64,000 bases of DNA. Origin: Eledone cirrhosa. Taxonomy: Eukaryota. Positions within the stretch are counted from its first letter, which is position 1. Each line of letters begins with the position of its first letter. The stretch is from positions 341,620,001-341,684,000 of the forward strand of contig OZ024743.1 in the NCBI GenBank assembly GCA_964016885.1, read 5' to 3'. The notes beneath the pieces are model-generated. The model had not been told where the DNA came from. It made no database searches and worked only from the letters and a program-made list of their open reading frames with translations. A program made the position numbers and the translations under genes. This document shows positions 41,912 through 56,619 of the stretch, piece by piece.

Positions 41912-42877
41912 TGGCGGAGCTATTATAAATATAATTAGAAATCCGACCGAACAAGGAACAGCTGCGGAGATGAGCAGATTCATTAATAGTATTTTTATTT
42001 ATTTATAAATAATTGTATTGGGTGTTTTTGCAATGTATGTTTTGTAAAATTTCAGTCTTTGATTTAGCCCCACTACAATGACGCTAAAGGTGCGCTGGGT
42101 ACCACAGTTGTTGGTAGATGCTTGTAACAAATGCAAATGTATATTCTACTGGTCACAAAGATGTTAAAGTGCGTTGCTGAAGACTTGATATCGCCCATAA
42201 AATGTGATAGTAACCATGAATTGTATGTGCCAATGAGCATGTTGGTAATGTTTACGATAGTAGCAGTGTCTTAATGTATCAGATTGTGCATTTGGCAGTT
42301 GAAATATTTTGTTTGATTTGTGAGAGAAAGAGAGATACAGTCTCTGTGGGTGGTTCCAACAAGAAATAAAGCTTAAATTAAGTTGTTCAAGATATTTGAT
42401 CTGGAGAGAAAATAAAACATATATACACGTTTGCATACGCATATATATATATATATATGCGTGTTGAAACACTTATCGCAGTTTCGTCTATATATATATA
42501 TATATATATAAAGAAAAAGGGATGAAATCGAAAATGCAACTGAAGTCTTATTTTTTTTAAAATATATATATTTATTTGGTTCCTTTACCGGTTTCGCAGT
42601 TCTTCTGCTTTTCAAAAGGTGAGTTGAGATGGAGGGTCTGTGGTTTTTCTCACATCTGGTTGGTCTCTAAATGTTACTTGTTTTATATGGAAAAACTGGC
42701 TCGAAAACCAGGTTTTTCGAGAAGTAATTTGATTGGTTTGTCAATAATTATAATAAATTTCGCGCCAGTTCGCGTTACAATAGTTCTTCAAATAAGAGAG
42801 GGGGGGGGGGGGGTTGTCACAGGTTGTTTTTTCATATATGAGTGTTTGAATTTCTTTTTACTTGAAAAAATGAGGCT

Positions 42878-42926
<49 letters not shown>

Positions 42927-42950
42927 TGCTGTTTGCCTGCATATATATAA

Positions 42951-43025
<75 letters not shown>

Positions 43026-43069
43026 CATATATACATATACATATGTACGTATGGATTATATCGAACATT

Positions 43070-43200
43070 AATAATTGTTTCTACTTTTGGCACAAGGCCA
43101 GCAATTACTCAGTGCATTACTGGTACTTTATTTTAATAATTGTTTCTACTTTTGGCACAAGGCCATCAATTACCCAGTACATTACTGGTACTTTATTTTA
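43070..43200 (-). repeat. Two tandem copies of SINE 3' tail
   Basis: ataattgtttctacttttggcacaaggcca..actggtactttatttt occurs twice. Confidence 0.75.
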
Positions 43201-43259
43201 ATAATGATATTCGATTTGTTTGTAAACAACGTGCCGATAGGGCTGTATCGTGCCGCTGA

Positions 43260-45240
43260 CTAATCGTCATCTGGCCGGATTTCATTAGGCGCCAGGAAGC
43301 CTTTTGGGGAACGACTCGCCCTTTTCTGTTAGCGAGGGACTCGAACGACATCTTAGACGCACGCTGAAATTGTGTGGGAGTAGCTGATAGGTGGTGGGTG
43401 CAAAAGCCTCAAGTACCTGATCAGCCGGTTCCAACTGTATGACATTTCCGACGCGTAAAACTTAAAAGGACCGTGTCATCACTTTAGTTAAGTGGAGGTT
43501 AACTGGGGAGGGGGGGGGGGGGGTCGTCTACAATATGTGATTGGGTACTCTTAGGAGAGAAAGAGTAGTTTCAATAGGTATTATTAAGGAAATTGCGGTG
43601 GATTGGCAGTAATCGGTAGAGGGTCTGACGCCATGCTTTGTAGCAAAAAGTTACGGTCCTTTATGATCTGAGTTCAAATACCGCCGAGGTTAACTTTGCC
43701 TTTCATCCTTACGGGGTCGATAAAATAAAGGACCAGTAATACACTGGGATAATTGCTGCCCTTGTGCCAAAAGTAGAAACAATTATTAAGGAAATTGCGT
43801 CAGAAAAATAGGAAGGAGTCGGAGCTGTTAGCTAAATTAGACGAGGCGATTAGGAGTGACATTTCAACTGACGTGCTAGTGGCGAGAATGGTATTAGACT
43901 ATTTGCCAATGTGAATCACGAAAGTTGCATTGCGAGAGCTAAGTCCATTGCTCTATGAAAGGAGGCAATGAAAATTATTCGATGGGACCGTGTGTAGGAG
44001 GCGCTGCGTGGCAACAAAACAACGATTCTGTCTATGACACACAGAGACGAACGTGTGCTGAACAATTCCAGCCAGATGTGTGTGGCCTTTCGCCAGACTT
44101 TCTTCCACTGTTCGGGCAGGGTGGTTGGTCGGAGACGGTGGCGGACTTCAGTTCTTACCTCGATGGCCTACTACGACTCTCCTAGTATTATTCTGAGTGC
44201 CGCGAAAGTCCGCTAGCATAAGCCGAATTTCAGGATTGCCTGGTCTGTTGTACGAGACGCAACCCAACCGGTTTCGATGGTCTACCCTACGACTTTTACG
44301 TGAAAATACCCAACTTATTCTCCAATCTTCTTGAATCGGTCTACTGGAACTGGGAGCAGAACAAGAGTACTTCCAATTTTGTGAACCAGATAGTAGAAAG
44401 GGTGATGAAGAAATAGGAGAATAAGAGGGATACGTTTGACAAGTTTAGGCTCATAACTCTGTCAAACACAGAGTTTATGATGTTGATCAAGGTATTAACG
44501 AAGAGATTGGTGCTTGTCGTCGAGGGCTAGGTAGGGGAGACGCTGACATGTGTAATCTCGACCAGTTCAATAAATGCAACTTCCACCTCATAGTGATGGC
44601 AGGTTTAAACCTGGCTTAGATGGGTCAATGATCAATTCAGATAAATCGAAATCTGTCGAGAGTGTTGACCAACGATTCCTGGAAGCTTTCCTCGAGGCAA
44701 TTGGCTTTGGTGCCGTCTTCAGTTCCTGGATTGTTGCAATGCACAGCGGCATATGTTCGGCAGTGAAAGGAAATGGCCACTTTCGAAATCGTTTCAGATC
44801 ACGCGATTGGTCTGTTAGGGTGCCTTTTCTCCTCCCTTCTGTACATATTGACTCTCGAGCCTTTACTATGAAAGCTGGAGTTGTTGCAGGGCATCTCGCT
44901 CGAATCAGGACATGGAAGGGCTTTGTCGGCATATGCGGAGGAAATCACCGTCATGCTGTCGAACAACTCGGAAATCGAGATGGTCGGGACCTTCTTGGAG
45001 AAACATAAAAGGTTGATGGGATCAAAAGTGAATTCGGAAACGTCAATTTGTTTGCAGCCCGACACCTGAAAAGGCAAATCCATGCCGTTCAACACTGTCA
45101 TCAGATGCTAGACTCGGGGGTCTGGTTCGGACCGGATCTACAGTTGGATAAGCACTGGGACGAGCTAACGAGTAGACTGGCCACTCTCGGCCATAAATGG
45201 GCCGAGAAGAATCTATACCTGAAGATTCGAGTGGAGGAAA
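43260..45240 (+). pseudogene. Highly decayed L1/Tx1-group LINE ORF2 (APE and RT)
   Basis: LARDSNDILDAR (GDFN-like), TGFDGLPYDFY, FRLITLSNTEF..KVLTKRL, DKSKSVESVDQRFL, SAYAEEITV (YADD-like), GSKVNSETS, GVWFGPD. Confidence 0.8.
43598..43781 (+). mobile_element. Full-length tRNA-derived CORE-type SINE with 18-bp TSD
   Basis: A box tggcagtaatcgg, B box gagttcaaatac; TSD attattaaggaaattgcg at 43580-43597 and 43782-43799. Confidence 0.9.
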
Positions 45241-45465
45241 GAAGGGTTGCTAGTAGTGCTATATGTAGTCCGAGGTTAACTCCAGCTAAGCAGATATGAT
45301 ATCCTGCAGAGGATCAGAAGTGCAATTAGGAAGTTTTCACCTTAAGATCATACTGTAGATCTTGGTGTACAGCATTGTGTTGTATATGATGTGTAACAAT
45401 TTGGACATGCACTAGTTACTTTACTGGATCGTTGAATATCGTTTCTTCAATATTCTTACTATTCT

Positions 45466-45522
<57 letters not shown>

Positions 45523-46712
45523 CTTGTTGTTGTTGCTGTATATATATACATAATTAGCCCCGGGTCCAGCAAAGATATCAATACCATATCGATCCCGTTT
45601 TTGTTTTAAAAAGTGTAGCCGTGATTACGATGACCATTTTATACTTATTTTAATTCATTATCACTTGAAGGAAATTTCGCTAGTAATAGTTGTAGACCTA
45701 ACGACCGAAAAAAAAAAATCCTTCATTTGCTGGTGGATCATTACGTACTATTTTGGTATAAGTGATTAAGAGTCACTGCAGTGATGACAGTCACGACTAA
45801 ATGTATCATAGTGTAAAGAAGATACTATCAGTCATCTTTTCAAGAAAAGTTTGCTTTTTTTAATTTTCACATTGCTAACATGTCTGCCTACGTTAGCTTA
45901 AAATAATATTACATAAAAACAAATATGAAAGAAAACCGAAAACAACATGAAAATAAAGAATCAATGAAGATATTCAAGCAAACCAAAGTTATTATTAATG
46001 GCGCCATATCATGTTTATCATATTTTGTTGCATCTTAAAATGACATTTAACAATGTTTACAGGTATTCGTTACAGATGACGAATGATGCACTGACTAAAT
46101 GGGGTTATAAGAAAGGGAGCTCTATGATAACCATAGTGTCTTGTAATTATCTCTAAATCTGAAACGTTAATAAATGTTCGTGAAAGATGATTCCTTTAAT
46201 TCCGATAATAGATACGTTGTAAAATCTAAACTTACCTAAGTAATGTTTATATTAACAATATGAACCAGGGGTTGTAGTTGTTTAAAATATCTTCGTAAAT
46301 AGCTATCCATCTTTCTGAGGGGAATAAAATCATTTATTTGGAACTCCGAGTTTGATTCCCTTATATCGTGGGTAGCTTCTGACAGACAATAGCATGCTGA
46401 ATGTAATTTCGCAGATGCGTGGGAATATTCCAGTGGGTGTTTCCGTTCACTGTGTTCCATCAATTAGTTATAGTTGTTTACATTGTAGGGGGTAGTCAAA
46501 TGGAAAAGCAAACAACTTCTCGAATTTCATTATTGCATCATAAAGTTACCAAAGGATATTTACACATCTAGCTCAAAAGTTAAATTTTCTAAAATGTTAA
46601 TGATTAAACTCGGAAATCCGGCATACGTCACATGATTGTTATATATATATATATATAACATTTAAAAAATATGAGGAATTAATGGACAAAAATATACCTA
46701 TTTTTTTTTCAA

Positions 46713-46786
46713 ATCCCGACTGCAGTTTCGCCGATCCGTGTGCTCCGATCCTACACTATAAAAATGCATAGGGCTTATCAAAAGAC
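46713..46786 (-). ncRNA. Degenerate HHR
   Basis: GTCTT-TTGATAA-[GCC...GGC]-GAAA-CTGCAG-TC|GGGAT; palindromic ACUGCAGU and GUC site; two core transitions. Confidence 0.45.
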
Positions 46787-47092
46787 CGCTCAGAAAAAGA
46801 TTTGTTTCTTGATGCTTTCGTAGAAATTTGAGAAATTCTCCAGAGGCAGAGGGGAGAATTAACACGTGATGCAGCAGTCAAAAAAAAGGACTGTTTCTTT
46901 CATAGCAATTGAAACATTCTCGAGAGGTGGAGGGAGAAATTAACACGTTATACAGTAGTCACAGAACGGTAGTAGGGAGGGCAGTAAGCGAGTAACGTAT
47001 TTTCAAGAGAAAGTAGTTAGTACGCTTCTGGGTTAACTCGACAGTAGGGTTTGGGACAATATAATAATGAAATACATACACATATTCATATG

Positions 47093-47167
<75 letters not shown>

Positions 47168-47348
47168 TGAAAGAAGGTTTCGTGGCATCTGAGGCTATGG
47201 CAAAAGAAGAATGCACTTAAAGCAATACATAAGTGACTGAACCTGCGAGGTTGCTTTTGATGGGAGCTTACTAAGTAGTTCGCTATAGTATACCAGGTAT
47301 TGAGAATGGCGGCGTGTCTTTGACGTCATGCTGATTCTGCCTGGGGAT

Positions 47349-50300
47349 TATAATAATAATGAAAATAATGTGTACAGTGCTCAGGTGCACTACAACTCGT
47401 CAAAAGTGTATGTATAGTACATAGGGTAATGTACAAACGTCAGGAAAATAAACAGTGCATGAGTCATGATATACACATGTGTGCATGTGTATGGAAGGGG
47501 TACATCAGGTGTAGTTTTGGCGAATTTCGGGAAGCATGAGGGTTTTAAAGGATGCAGTGTCTCGGCAGCTAACAACTGACGCAAGCAGTTTGTTCCATGT
47601 TTCAACAACTATAAGCGTGAAAAAATGTTTCCGAAAGTCATGGGTGCTGTTTTCTGATTTTGTAGGCATGTCCACGTGTGTTAGACACGTGGAGATCAAA
47701 AAGGTGCTCAGGGTTGTTGTTGGCGAGATGGTTAATAACTTTGTGGGTGTTTACCAAGTCCAAAGTCAGAGCTTCAATGAATCCATGCCCAGGGAAGCAC
47801 GGCGTTCAGAGTATGGTAGGTGTCTGATGGAGGGTATGCGCTTGGTTGCACGTCTCTGAACAGTTTCCAGGAGGTCAATTTTCTGAGCAAGATAGGGGTT
47901 TCAGACTGATGATGATGCGAATTCCAAGTATGGTCGTATCATAGCTGTATACAGCTTTAAATAGATGGCTGGAGAACGGCTAACAAAGGTCTTGCTGAGT
48001 GATGCCAAGACACCCTCGACCTTCTTGACAATCTTAGAGACATGCTTTGTCCAACGCAAATCGCTGCTGACAGTAATGCCCAGGTCACGTTCACAAGAGG
48101 ACTTCTTGATATCAGTGTTGTGGATGGAGTATGTGGACGCTGGATTTTTCCTCCCCAAATCATGGTGGTACACTTGTCCACAGCCAGCTTCATTTGCCAG
48201 TCTGTGATCCATTGCTGCATTGTGTCCAGGTTTGTTTGTAGGAAGGAGTTGTAGATTTCATGATCAGTTCTTTTGATTTCAGGGTACAGCTTGATGTCAT
48301 CTGCATATTTCAGTATCGTGGTATTCTTTAAGTTGGCATCTATGTCATTAATATATGCCACAAATAAAAGGGGACCAAGAACAGATCCCTACGGTACACC
48401 AGATAACATCTCATATGGTGAAGAATGCTGTCCTAGAACCGTGACTACCTCTTTTCGGCTGAGAATGAAGGATTTCAACCAGTTAAAAAGAACATCCCTC
48501 ACAGCCATTGCAGAGAGTTTCGCCATAAGTCTTTTGTGTGGCACTGACTTAAAAGCCTTAGCGAAGTCAAGGTAAACAACATCTACCCATGAGCCGCTGT
48601 CAGTTATCCGGGTAATGTCTTCAAGGAACTCGATAAGCTGATCATAGCAGCTGGAGTTAGAGATAAATCCAAATTGCGAGGCCGGATGAGGCTGTGAAAG
48701 CTCCAGAAGTTCCAAAGTGTTTTTCTGACACAGGATTCCATCAGTTTGGCAATACAGCTAGTAAAACCCACTGGACGATAGTTGACAGGTGACGTGCGGT
48801 CGCCCTCTTTGAACAGCGAAATGACACTGGCAGTTTTCCACTGCTCCGGAGTAGCACCATTTTTGAGACAGTATTGAAAGAAGAAAGAAAGATGGTACAA
48901 AAGGAAGTACTCGCCACGTTTGAGAAGCAGGTATGTAACACCATCAAGACCAGGGGAGGCATATTTGCGCTTATTCTTAGGGTTAAGTCGCAACATTGGA
49001 GGTGTAAATTCCATAGTTGTTATAGAATTTGATGTTAGAGAAGGTGGAGATGGTACATTCTGGTTTTCAACAGTAAAAATGCTTGCATAGCACTCATCAA
49101 TGAGTTCTGCGCATTGTTTGGGATCATCAGTGATCTGGCCTGTGTGGGGATTGCGAAGAGGACCAACTGGAGAGTGAGGTCTCTGCTTTGAATGAACATA
49201 TTTCCAGAACACCTTACTCTCAGGATTGGTTGCTATGCACTGTTCAAATTCAAGCACTGCCTTTTTTGTCACTTGCTTGAGATGGTTGGAAGATTTATTC
49301 CGATTTGTTCTGTTGGCATCTGATTTATGCAGTTTATATTCCCTTTCAGCTTTCCGACATTCTTTCCTGGCAAGTCGGACCGCTAAAGTTTCCCAAATTG
49401 CAGTTTTGAGGTGTTTTTTTTCTGCTTACGTGGCACCGATACTGCACGCGCTATCCATATTGAGTCCAGTGTGCTCTGGAGTATAGTGTTCACATCTCCA
49501 GAGTTATAGAACTCATGCCAGTTTGGGCGCTGCAGCTCAGTGCAGTACAAGTTCCAATCTGCTTTCTTCCAATCAAAGCAAGCAGATTGGAGATGGTTCT
49601 GGTTTTTGTTGCTGAGCCAGATTAGCAATGATCATAGCATGATCAAAGTCGCCTAGAGATTCCTCTCAGTAGTACAACTGATAACCACTTCAGGAGTAAT
49701 GGTGAAGATCAGGTCCAAAGTGTTGTCACCTCTTGTTGGAGAGGTGACTACTTGTGACCAGTTTGAGTAAAATCACTAGCTCAAAGAAATCGTTTGCACT
49801 TTGTGGCCAACGAAAGGTTTCCCAATCGACCTCAGGATGATTGAAGTCACCTGCAATAAACACATAAGTGGCTGTTTTCCTAGCAGCAGCTTTGAGGATA
49901 CCGCAAAGCTGTGTGTCCTGGTGGTAGTTTGGTGGGCGATAAAGAGCACCAATCAGAAGTGTTGACATGGTCATACGTATGTCACAAAAAAATTTCTTCT
50001 TGTGATTCGTTCAAATAAACGCAAGGAATTACCGAAAAGTTTGAACGAACGTAGACCATCACACCACCACCACGGCGATTAATGCGGTCCTTGCGGAAAA
50101 GGTTCTACACAGTAATGCTGAAAACCCCATCACAGAGTAAGGAACGTGCCCATGTTTCCGTGACTGTGATGAAGTCAGGGTCGATGCTTCTGACGTAGGA
50201 GTTAAACAGTTAATCTTGTTGCATAAACTGCGAGCATTTAAGGACACCAATTTGTAACCTGCTCACAGTTTATGATTGGGTGTAGAGGATGGCAGGTTGT

Positions 50301-50999
50301 TCTGGTTTAGTTTGCCAGAGTTGTTGCAGTTTTTTCATTGCCAGTTAATGTGGATAGAGCACGCTCAGACCAGCTGGTATCTCTCATCCACGTTTCACCA
50401 GCCTTAACAAACCTCCAGATCTGCCCATCATCACGCAGACTAAAACTTTCATGTTGTGCTGAGTTCCGATTCAAGGAAGCTGCAGCACGTAACTTTGGAC
50501 GTACATTGATTGGGTGGTAGGCCTGGGCGTGTTCGGAAGGTAATCCGATTTCCACGCCCAGCTTTAACAGAGGCCAGATGATATAAAATTGCCTCAGCGG
50601 GGTCCGAAAAAAACAGCCTGATGAGTCTGGGTTTTGGATCAGGTCGACCAAGGCGGAGAGCACCCTTTGGGGAACACAGCCTAGGTCTTTGGCTGAGCTG
50701 GCAGCAAATGCCTGAAGATCAGCCTAGTCCTCTGGTACCCTAATGGCAATTACTTCATGGGTAGCAGATTTCGCAGTCTTCTCAGTGTGCCCAGATACGG
50801 CAGAGAGGTACAGGGATATTCTTTAGCAAGGCATTCCGATAAGACCCCCTCTGTGTGGGGTCCTACCCGAATGCTTGCTTTTATTCCTGTTACTTCCATT
50901 CTTAAAGCAGAAATCATTTGTTGCACTTCTGCAAAATCTGTACTGGTCGATTGTTGTTGTTTTTGTTGTTGCCGCTGTTGTTGTTTTTGCTGCTGCTGC

Positions 51000-51042
<43 letters not shown>

Positions 51043-51053
51043 GGTGTTGTTGG

Positions 51054-51127
<74 letters not shown>

Positions 51128-52440
51128 TTCCTCCATGGGAATGGTAGGAGAAGGCACAGTCGTCGTTTTTTGGTGTCGCGATGTACTGGGAGCGGAAGAC
51201 TGGTTGTTTTTGTTTCTGATGTTCTTCCACAGGAATAACAGCAGAAGCCAGTGTCATAGGTTTTTGCCGTTTTTCAGTAACAACGGTAGAGGAAGATACA
51301 GTCATTGGTGTTTGTTGTTGTTGTTGTTTTTCAATAATATTGGTGGAGGCAGGCACACAGGCCAGGCATTGAAAGGACCAGGATTTTAGCTGGACCATCT
51401 CCCAGAGGCCATCCATTAGAGCAATATGATGTCTCTTTTTGGGGCCTGTGATCCTCCGGAAGCCTGTGGCGTATTGAAGGCAGACAGAGATGTGACAGGT
51501 TCCACATTCGACCCAACGATTACGGAACGAGTTTTCGGGTTCCGTACAGATATGGCATGTGTGATTTTTTGGGCAATGTTCTATTTTTGAACATCGACCA
51601 GTTTTATCGCATACTTCATCCATGGATATCACCATGGCAATTTTGTTATTTCTGCCCATCCGTAGAAAAACACAGAATGTAAACAATATAGGTTTAGCAC
51701 ACTTGATTACGATAGAAATAAAATGTCTGTTTTTTGTTTTGTTTTTTGTGTATTTTTGTTTCCGTTTTCCTAAATATTGTGTGTGTGTACAAAAGAGTCT
51801 GCGCATGTAAACAAATAAATATACTGAGTAAGTTAACGAGATAAATGTTTGCTTATGTTTTGTTTTTGTATTTCTGTTTCTGTTTTCCTATGTATTTTGT
51901 GTGTGTGTATACTAATATATAATTAGATATATATAATTAAAATGTGTATGTGGGTTAGAAGCGAAGTCTATGTTCAGAAATGTTTTACAAATGTACGTAA
52001 GATTGGCCGGTATAGTGTCTCAGGCAAAATAGTGTGGTGTCTTTTCACTTGTGTGTATATGCGTGTGGTATGTATCTGTATATAAATCTGTGTGTATATT
52101 GTTGTTTATAGATTTTGTGAAGTACTTACTGCGATCCCTAAGGGATGTAGTGATTTGGTTTTGTTTTTTTCCCGTCTATGTCCACACGTGGTTTGTTGGC
52201 GAAAATCAAATCAAATCAAATACACTTCGTTAAAATAATTCTATGTTGAAACTGGTACTAGTAGTCAGGGAACAGTCAAAGTAATTGTAATAATGAATAT
52301 TGTAATCCATCTGACATGTGTTTAAAGGCAGTTTTTGGTGAAAATATTATATTTTGATGGTCAAGACGTGGTCAAACGTCCTTCCTTGTCGCCATTTTTT
52401 CGTATTAGTCAATCCAAGAACTCCAGAACCATATCAAAAG
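47349..52440 (-). mobile_element. Near full-length CR1/L2-group LINE (ORF1 with PHD-like finger and polyQ; ORF2 APE-RT), decayed
   Basis: APE: SLNARSLCNK, LYRPP, IAGDFNHP. RT: SPGLDG, NYRPV, QFGF, VYLDFAKAFKSVPH, SGVP, KYADD, ERDLG, IRPYLEF, FRKHFFT..WNKL. Short (ATT)n tail. The 5' end is approximate. Confidence 0.92.
50310..51660 (-). pseudogene. LINE ORF1 with PHD-like zinc finger and polyH/polyQ tract
   Basis: CHIC..WVECGTCHISVCLQ..WSFQCLAC, then a (CAT)n/(CAA)n tract at about 50950-51127 and a coiled-coil-like FAEVQQMISALRMEVTGIK; frameshifted. Confidence 0.75.
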
Positions 52441-52513
52441 TAGATGGATAGGTAACCACTTACACACTGACACAGCAAAATGTCACACACACACACACAC
52501 AAACACACAGACA

Positions 52514-52588
<75 letters not shown>

Positions 52589-52681
52589 ACACACATACAT
52601 ATATATATATATATATGTATATTTAGACACTACCATAACAGAAGTCCGACGAGCCTTTGTTTTCAGAGTCGGGACAGATCG

Positions 52682-52729
<48 letters not shown>

Positions 52730-52733
52730 ACAG

Positions 52734-52779
<46 letters not shown>

Positions 52780-53247
52780 TAGAAAAGGGATTTAAGGTTC
52801 TATACAAGACAGTGGATATAGAGAAAAGATGAAGTTGGAAATAGCACGGAAAATATATTTAAAGGTCTATTTTTATTTTTTTATCCTTTATTTGATTCGT
52901 CAAAGTGACATTATTGAAAACATTTAAATAAATTCAGAAAATTTTCAAAAACTAAGAACTGAAATCCAAAAGATTCTCAGTTTTTAGTTTTTAGTTTTTG
53001 ATAATTTTCTGAATTTTGAAGAAAAAAATGTTCTTAATTTTCCACCACAAAGGGATCTGTGACAGACAGGCAGAAAAAAACACACACAAACACACCACAC
53101 ACATGTGTGTATTGCTAAAGGGACTGTGACAGACAGACTGAAACAAACACACACACACAATAGTGGCGGTTGACTAATTAACATAAAATATACCACGTAC
53201 CTGAGCTTAATCAATAAAAAGCTCGATTTTTCTTCTTTAAATATATT

Positions 53248-53320
<73 letters not shown>

Positions 53321-54766
53321 AGTCCCGGGTTCAATTAGGGTTAACCACATTAAGTTTATTAGAGTATATACATATCAAAAAGACAAGGTTCACATCCACA
53401 CTCAAGTACAATACTTGACATACATATAAACACCCACACATTTTTTTAGTGTTCATTTATTATAAGTAAACAAATATGTTTCATTGAGTTTCATTTATCT
53501 GTGCCATTGCATTAATGTGTATATTTCTAAAAATAATTTTTCAAAGAATCCTAGTTCTTTCAAATCCCTTGACCAACGTCCTTTACCCGTCCTCAAAATC
53601 AACGACTTCTCCAACTCCAGAAAACATATAAATGCCACCATATTACAATGAGATTTGGTATTCCTGATGATTGATTTCGAATGAAACAGTTCTAGTCCTG
53701 TAAAAGCTATCACCCCCCCCCCCTCTTTCTCTGTATATATATATATTAAAATGTTGATTAATACTTAAAATTATTGAACATTTTGTCTGAGTGCTAAAAA
53801 TAATCACTGTTAGTACCTAGAGTCATCTCTATTAATATAAAATGTAAGAACTTTCATTAGCTATGTATATAATCCGCTTTTTTTCTAAATCTATAATTGA
53901 GATTTGGTTACTATTTTAGGATATAGAAACCAATTGCAGTATATCCTGAAAGTCTTGAGACTATTTTGATAGTCTATCGACTTCAAAGTGTCTGACGTGG
54001 AATTAATAGGCTACGTCTGCTGATTCTTAAATTATTCTTTAATCATTTTCCGCATCATTTTAATATTAGAAAATTCGTCTGGATATTTCTGGAGTAAATA
54101 AGTAAATATTTGGAAGGTATGTCTTAAGGTTAAGTCACCGAGTTTTCAAACATAATTCTGTATCACATTGACTCAATAATTTCTATTGAATACTCAATAT
54201 CTTTTTAAATAGTATAACTTACAGGAGCTTACGTAGAATTCTGGGTGTCGTCATTCCAACTGTTGAATATAATAGTGCTAGTAGCTGTATTCTCTCTACC
54301 ATATTTATGTTATCTAATGTTATCTATGAGACAATTTAACATTTTCTAGAAATAGCGGGAAGAGGTTTCTATTCAATTAGCAGCTTTTTCTTACTCCGTC
54401 TAAACTGATTATGTATTTAAAAAGCAAATTCATTAGACATGTTACGACGAGGTTATCGTGTCATCGTTAATATATTGTACATTTACCAGATGCAAAATAT
54501 GTCAATTGATGTTTCACTCGTAAATTGAATAGCAATTCACATTAATGGTTTTCGAATCTAGTAGCAATATCAATTGATTCAAATAATTTGGAATGTATTT
54601 AAACAATTTAGTAAGCATCGTTTTAATGCAAACTTGTTGAAAGAAATAAGCATGTTCCAATTGTTTTAGAAGATTTCAACAACACTTAAGAGAGTTTTAT
54701 CACCAAATCAACTAGAGGATCTCAATTAAGTTTACACATTTTGAATTTAATATGTGAAAATCTACT

Positions 54767-54798
<32 letters not shown>

Positions 54799-54815
54799 GA
54801 GAGATGTTGAGTATT

Positions 54816-54928
<113 letters not shown>

Positions 54929-55619
54929 CATGCACAGTTATATGATATTCGCTATTCGGGTATTGTTATTTCATAACAATAGTGTTTAGGAGTTTGCTGG
55001 AAAGTATTGTATATCAATATAATTTCCTATTATATTTTCCTCCCGATAATTGTTGGTTCATTGCTTATTTTGGTATGTGGGGTGCTCTTGATTTAGTACC
55101 TTTTCCCGCCAAACGCATTAGCTACCCGCTGACTACTACAGAATTGTTGCTGTCATTATGACATCGCATGTGAACTATAACGAGTTCTGTTTCTGTCCTC
55201 TCCGGGATAGCAGATACTTTTGTTTGCTCTTCGAATGGCTTGCTGAGAAGAGGACATTGTCTTGACTTTGCTAATTAAGGATTTATAATAATGGTAATTG
55301 GTAGTTTATTTCGTAGCTTGAAATTTCAGCACGAGATGGCGATAGTAGCCGCGAAGTTATAGGAACCCCCAGGCTGTGATCTGACCGTAAACAAGCCAAC
55401 AAGTGTTTACGTAACACACCACTACGACAGTGATAGCATATAAAAAGAAATTGGGATAATATTCAACGACTCTCAGATATGGGTTTCATGTTAATACATA
55501 TCTGAGGAGCTTCCGATTTCAAAATCAGGTTCGATCATTAATAGATCGTTCCTCCAGCTGATCGACAGTGAAACATATGTAATTAAATATGTATATGATG
55601 CAACACTGATTCTTTGTTC

Positions 55620-55690
<71 letters not shown>

Positions 55691-56619
55691 ATTCGCGTGG
55701 ACACATTTCTTCTGTATTATTTCTTTTTCTCCCCTTTTCTCCTCTCTCCCTTTCTCTCCGCGCCTCGTCATTGTTTTTCTCACTCTCGACCTCTCATATT
55801 TTCCCTTCTTTTAACCAATCGCTCTGTATTATATTTAACAACGTTTCTTAATTTCGGCAAACCGTTCACATTCTTGTGGCGAAACAAAATTCTTTTTTCA
55901 AATTTCCAGTGTTAACATGCTGCACATTTTACATGGTAGTGCCTTGTCTATTTATTTCCGTTAATAATCTTTCATGTGTTTATCTGTTTTTCTCGAAAGA
56001 CACCCATACATTTTCTTATTCATTCTTTTATTTTTTTGTTATCGTTTCACGTGCATCTTAGAAACAGAGTTGTCCTCCAATCTGTTTCTCAAAGAGCCAT
56101 AACAATTGTAATAACACCTTAATGCGGAAATTGCATGCCAGCAAGGTGGCTGACGAGATAAAGATGGAGCCCTCTCGTCGTCGTATGTATTTGCTTGCAT
56201 TTTATACTGAAACTACAATACTACTCCATTTAATGTGTAAATTCTTCCCAAATCACAAGTACTCAAAAATTAGTGATTATTTTGATATATTAACTAGATA
56301 AAACGTTAATATTTTTATGCTTTCCTTAATCCTTAAGTAGTGTACTTCCTAAATATTGCTATATCTTCTTCAGTCGATATACATTTTTTTATAATGGTCC
56401 TACAATAACTATAATTGTCTCACAGCTCAAAATAAACTATGACCTATGGGTATACCACGTGCCCTAAATTGTACTTCAACTGTTCAATCAATAGTACTCA
56501 TTAGGCCAATAACGAAGTGGAATTTCGACACTAACAGTTATTCCGTGGAGGAAATTGTAGCTAAAGTGAATAGAAATATCAGTTTCATCTACAAGTATAA
56601 GAACATTTCGAAAATGATG

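Noticed and set aside
46236-46315. Candidate 79-nt minus-strand exon with strong splice sites
   Set aside because: All three frames contain a stop; no other support
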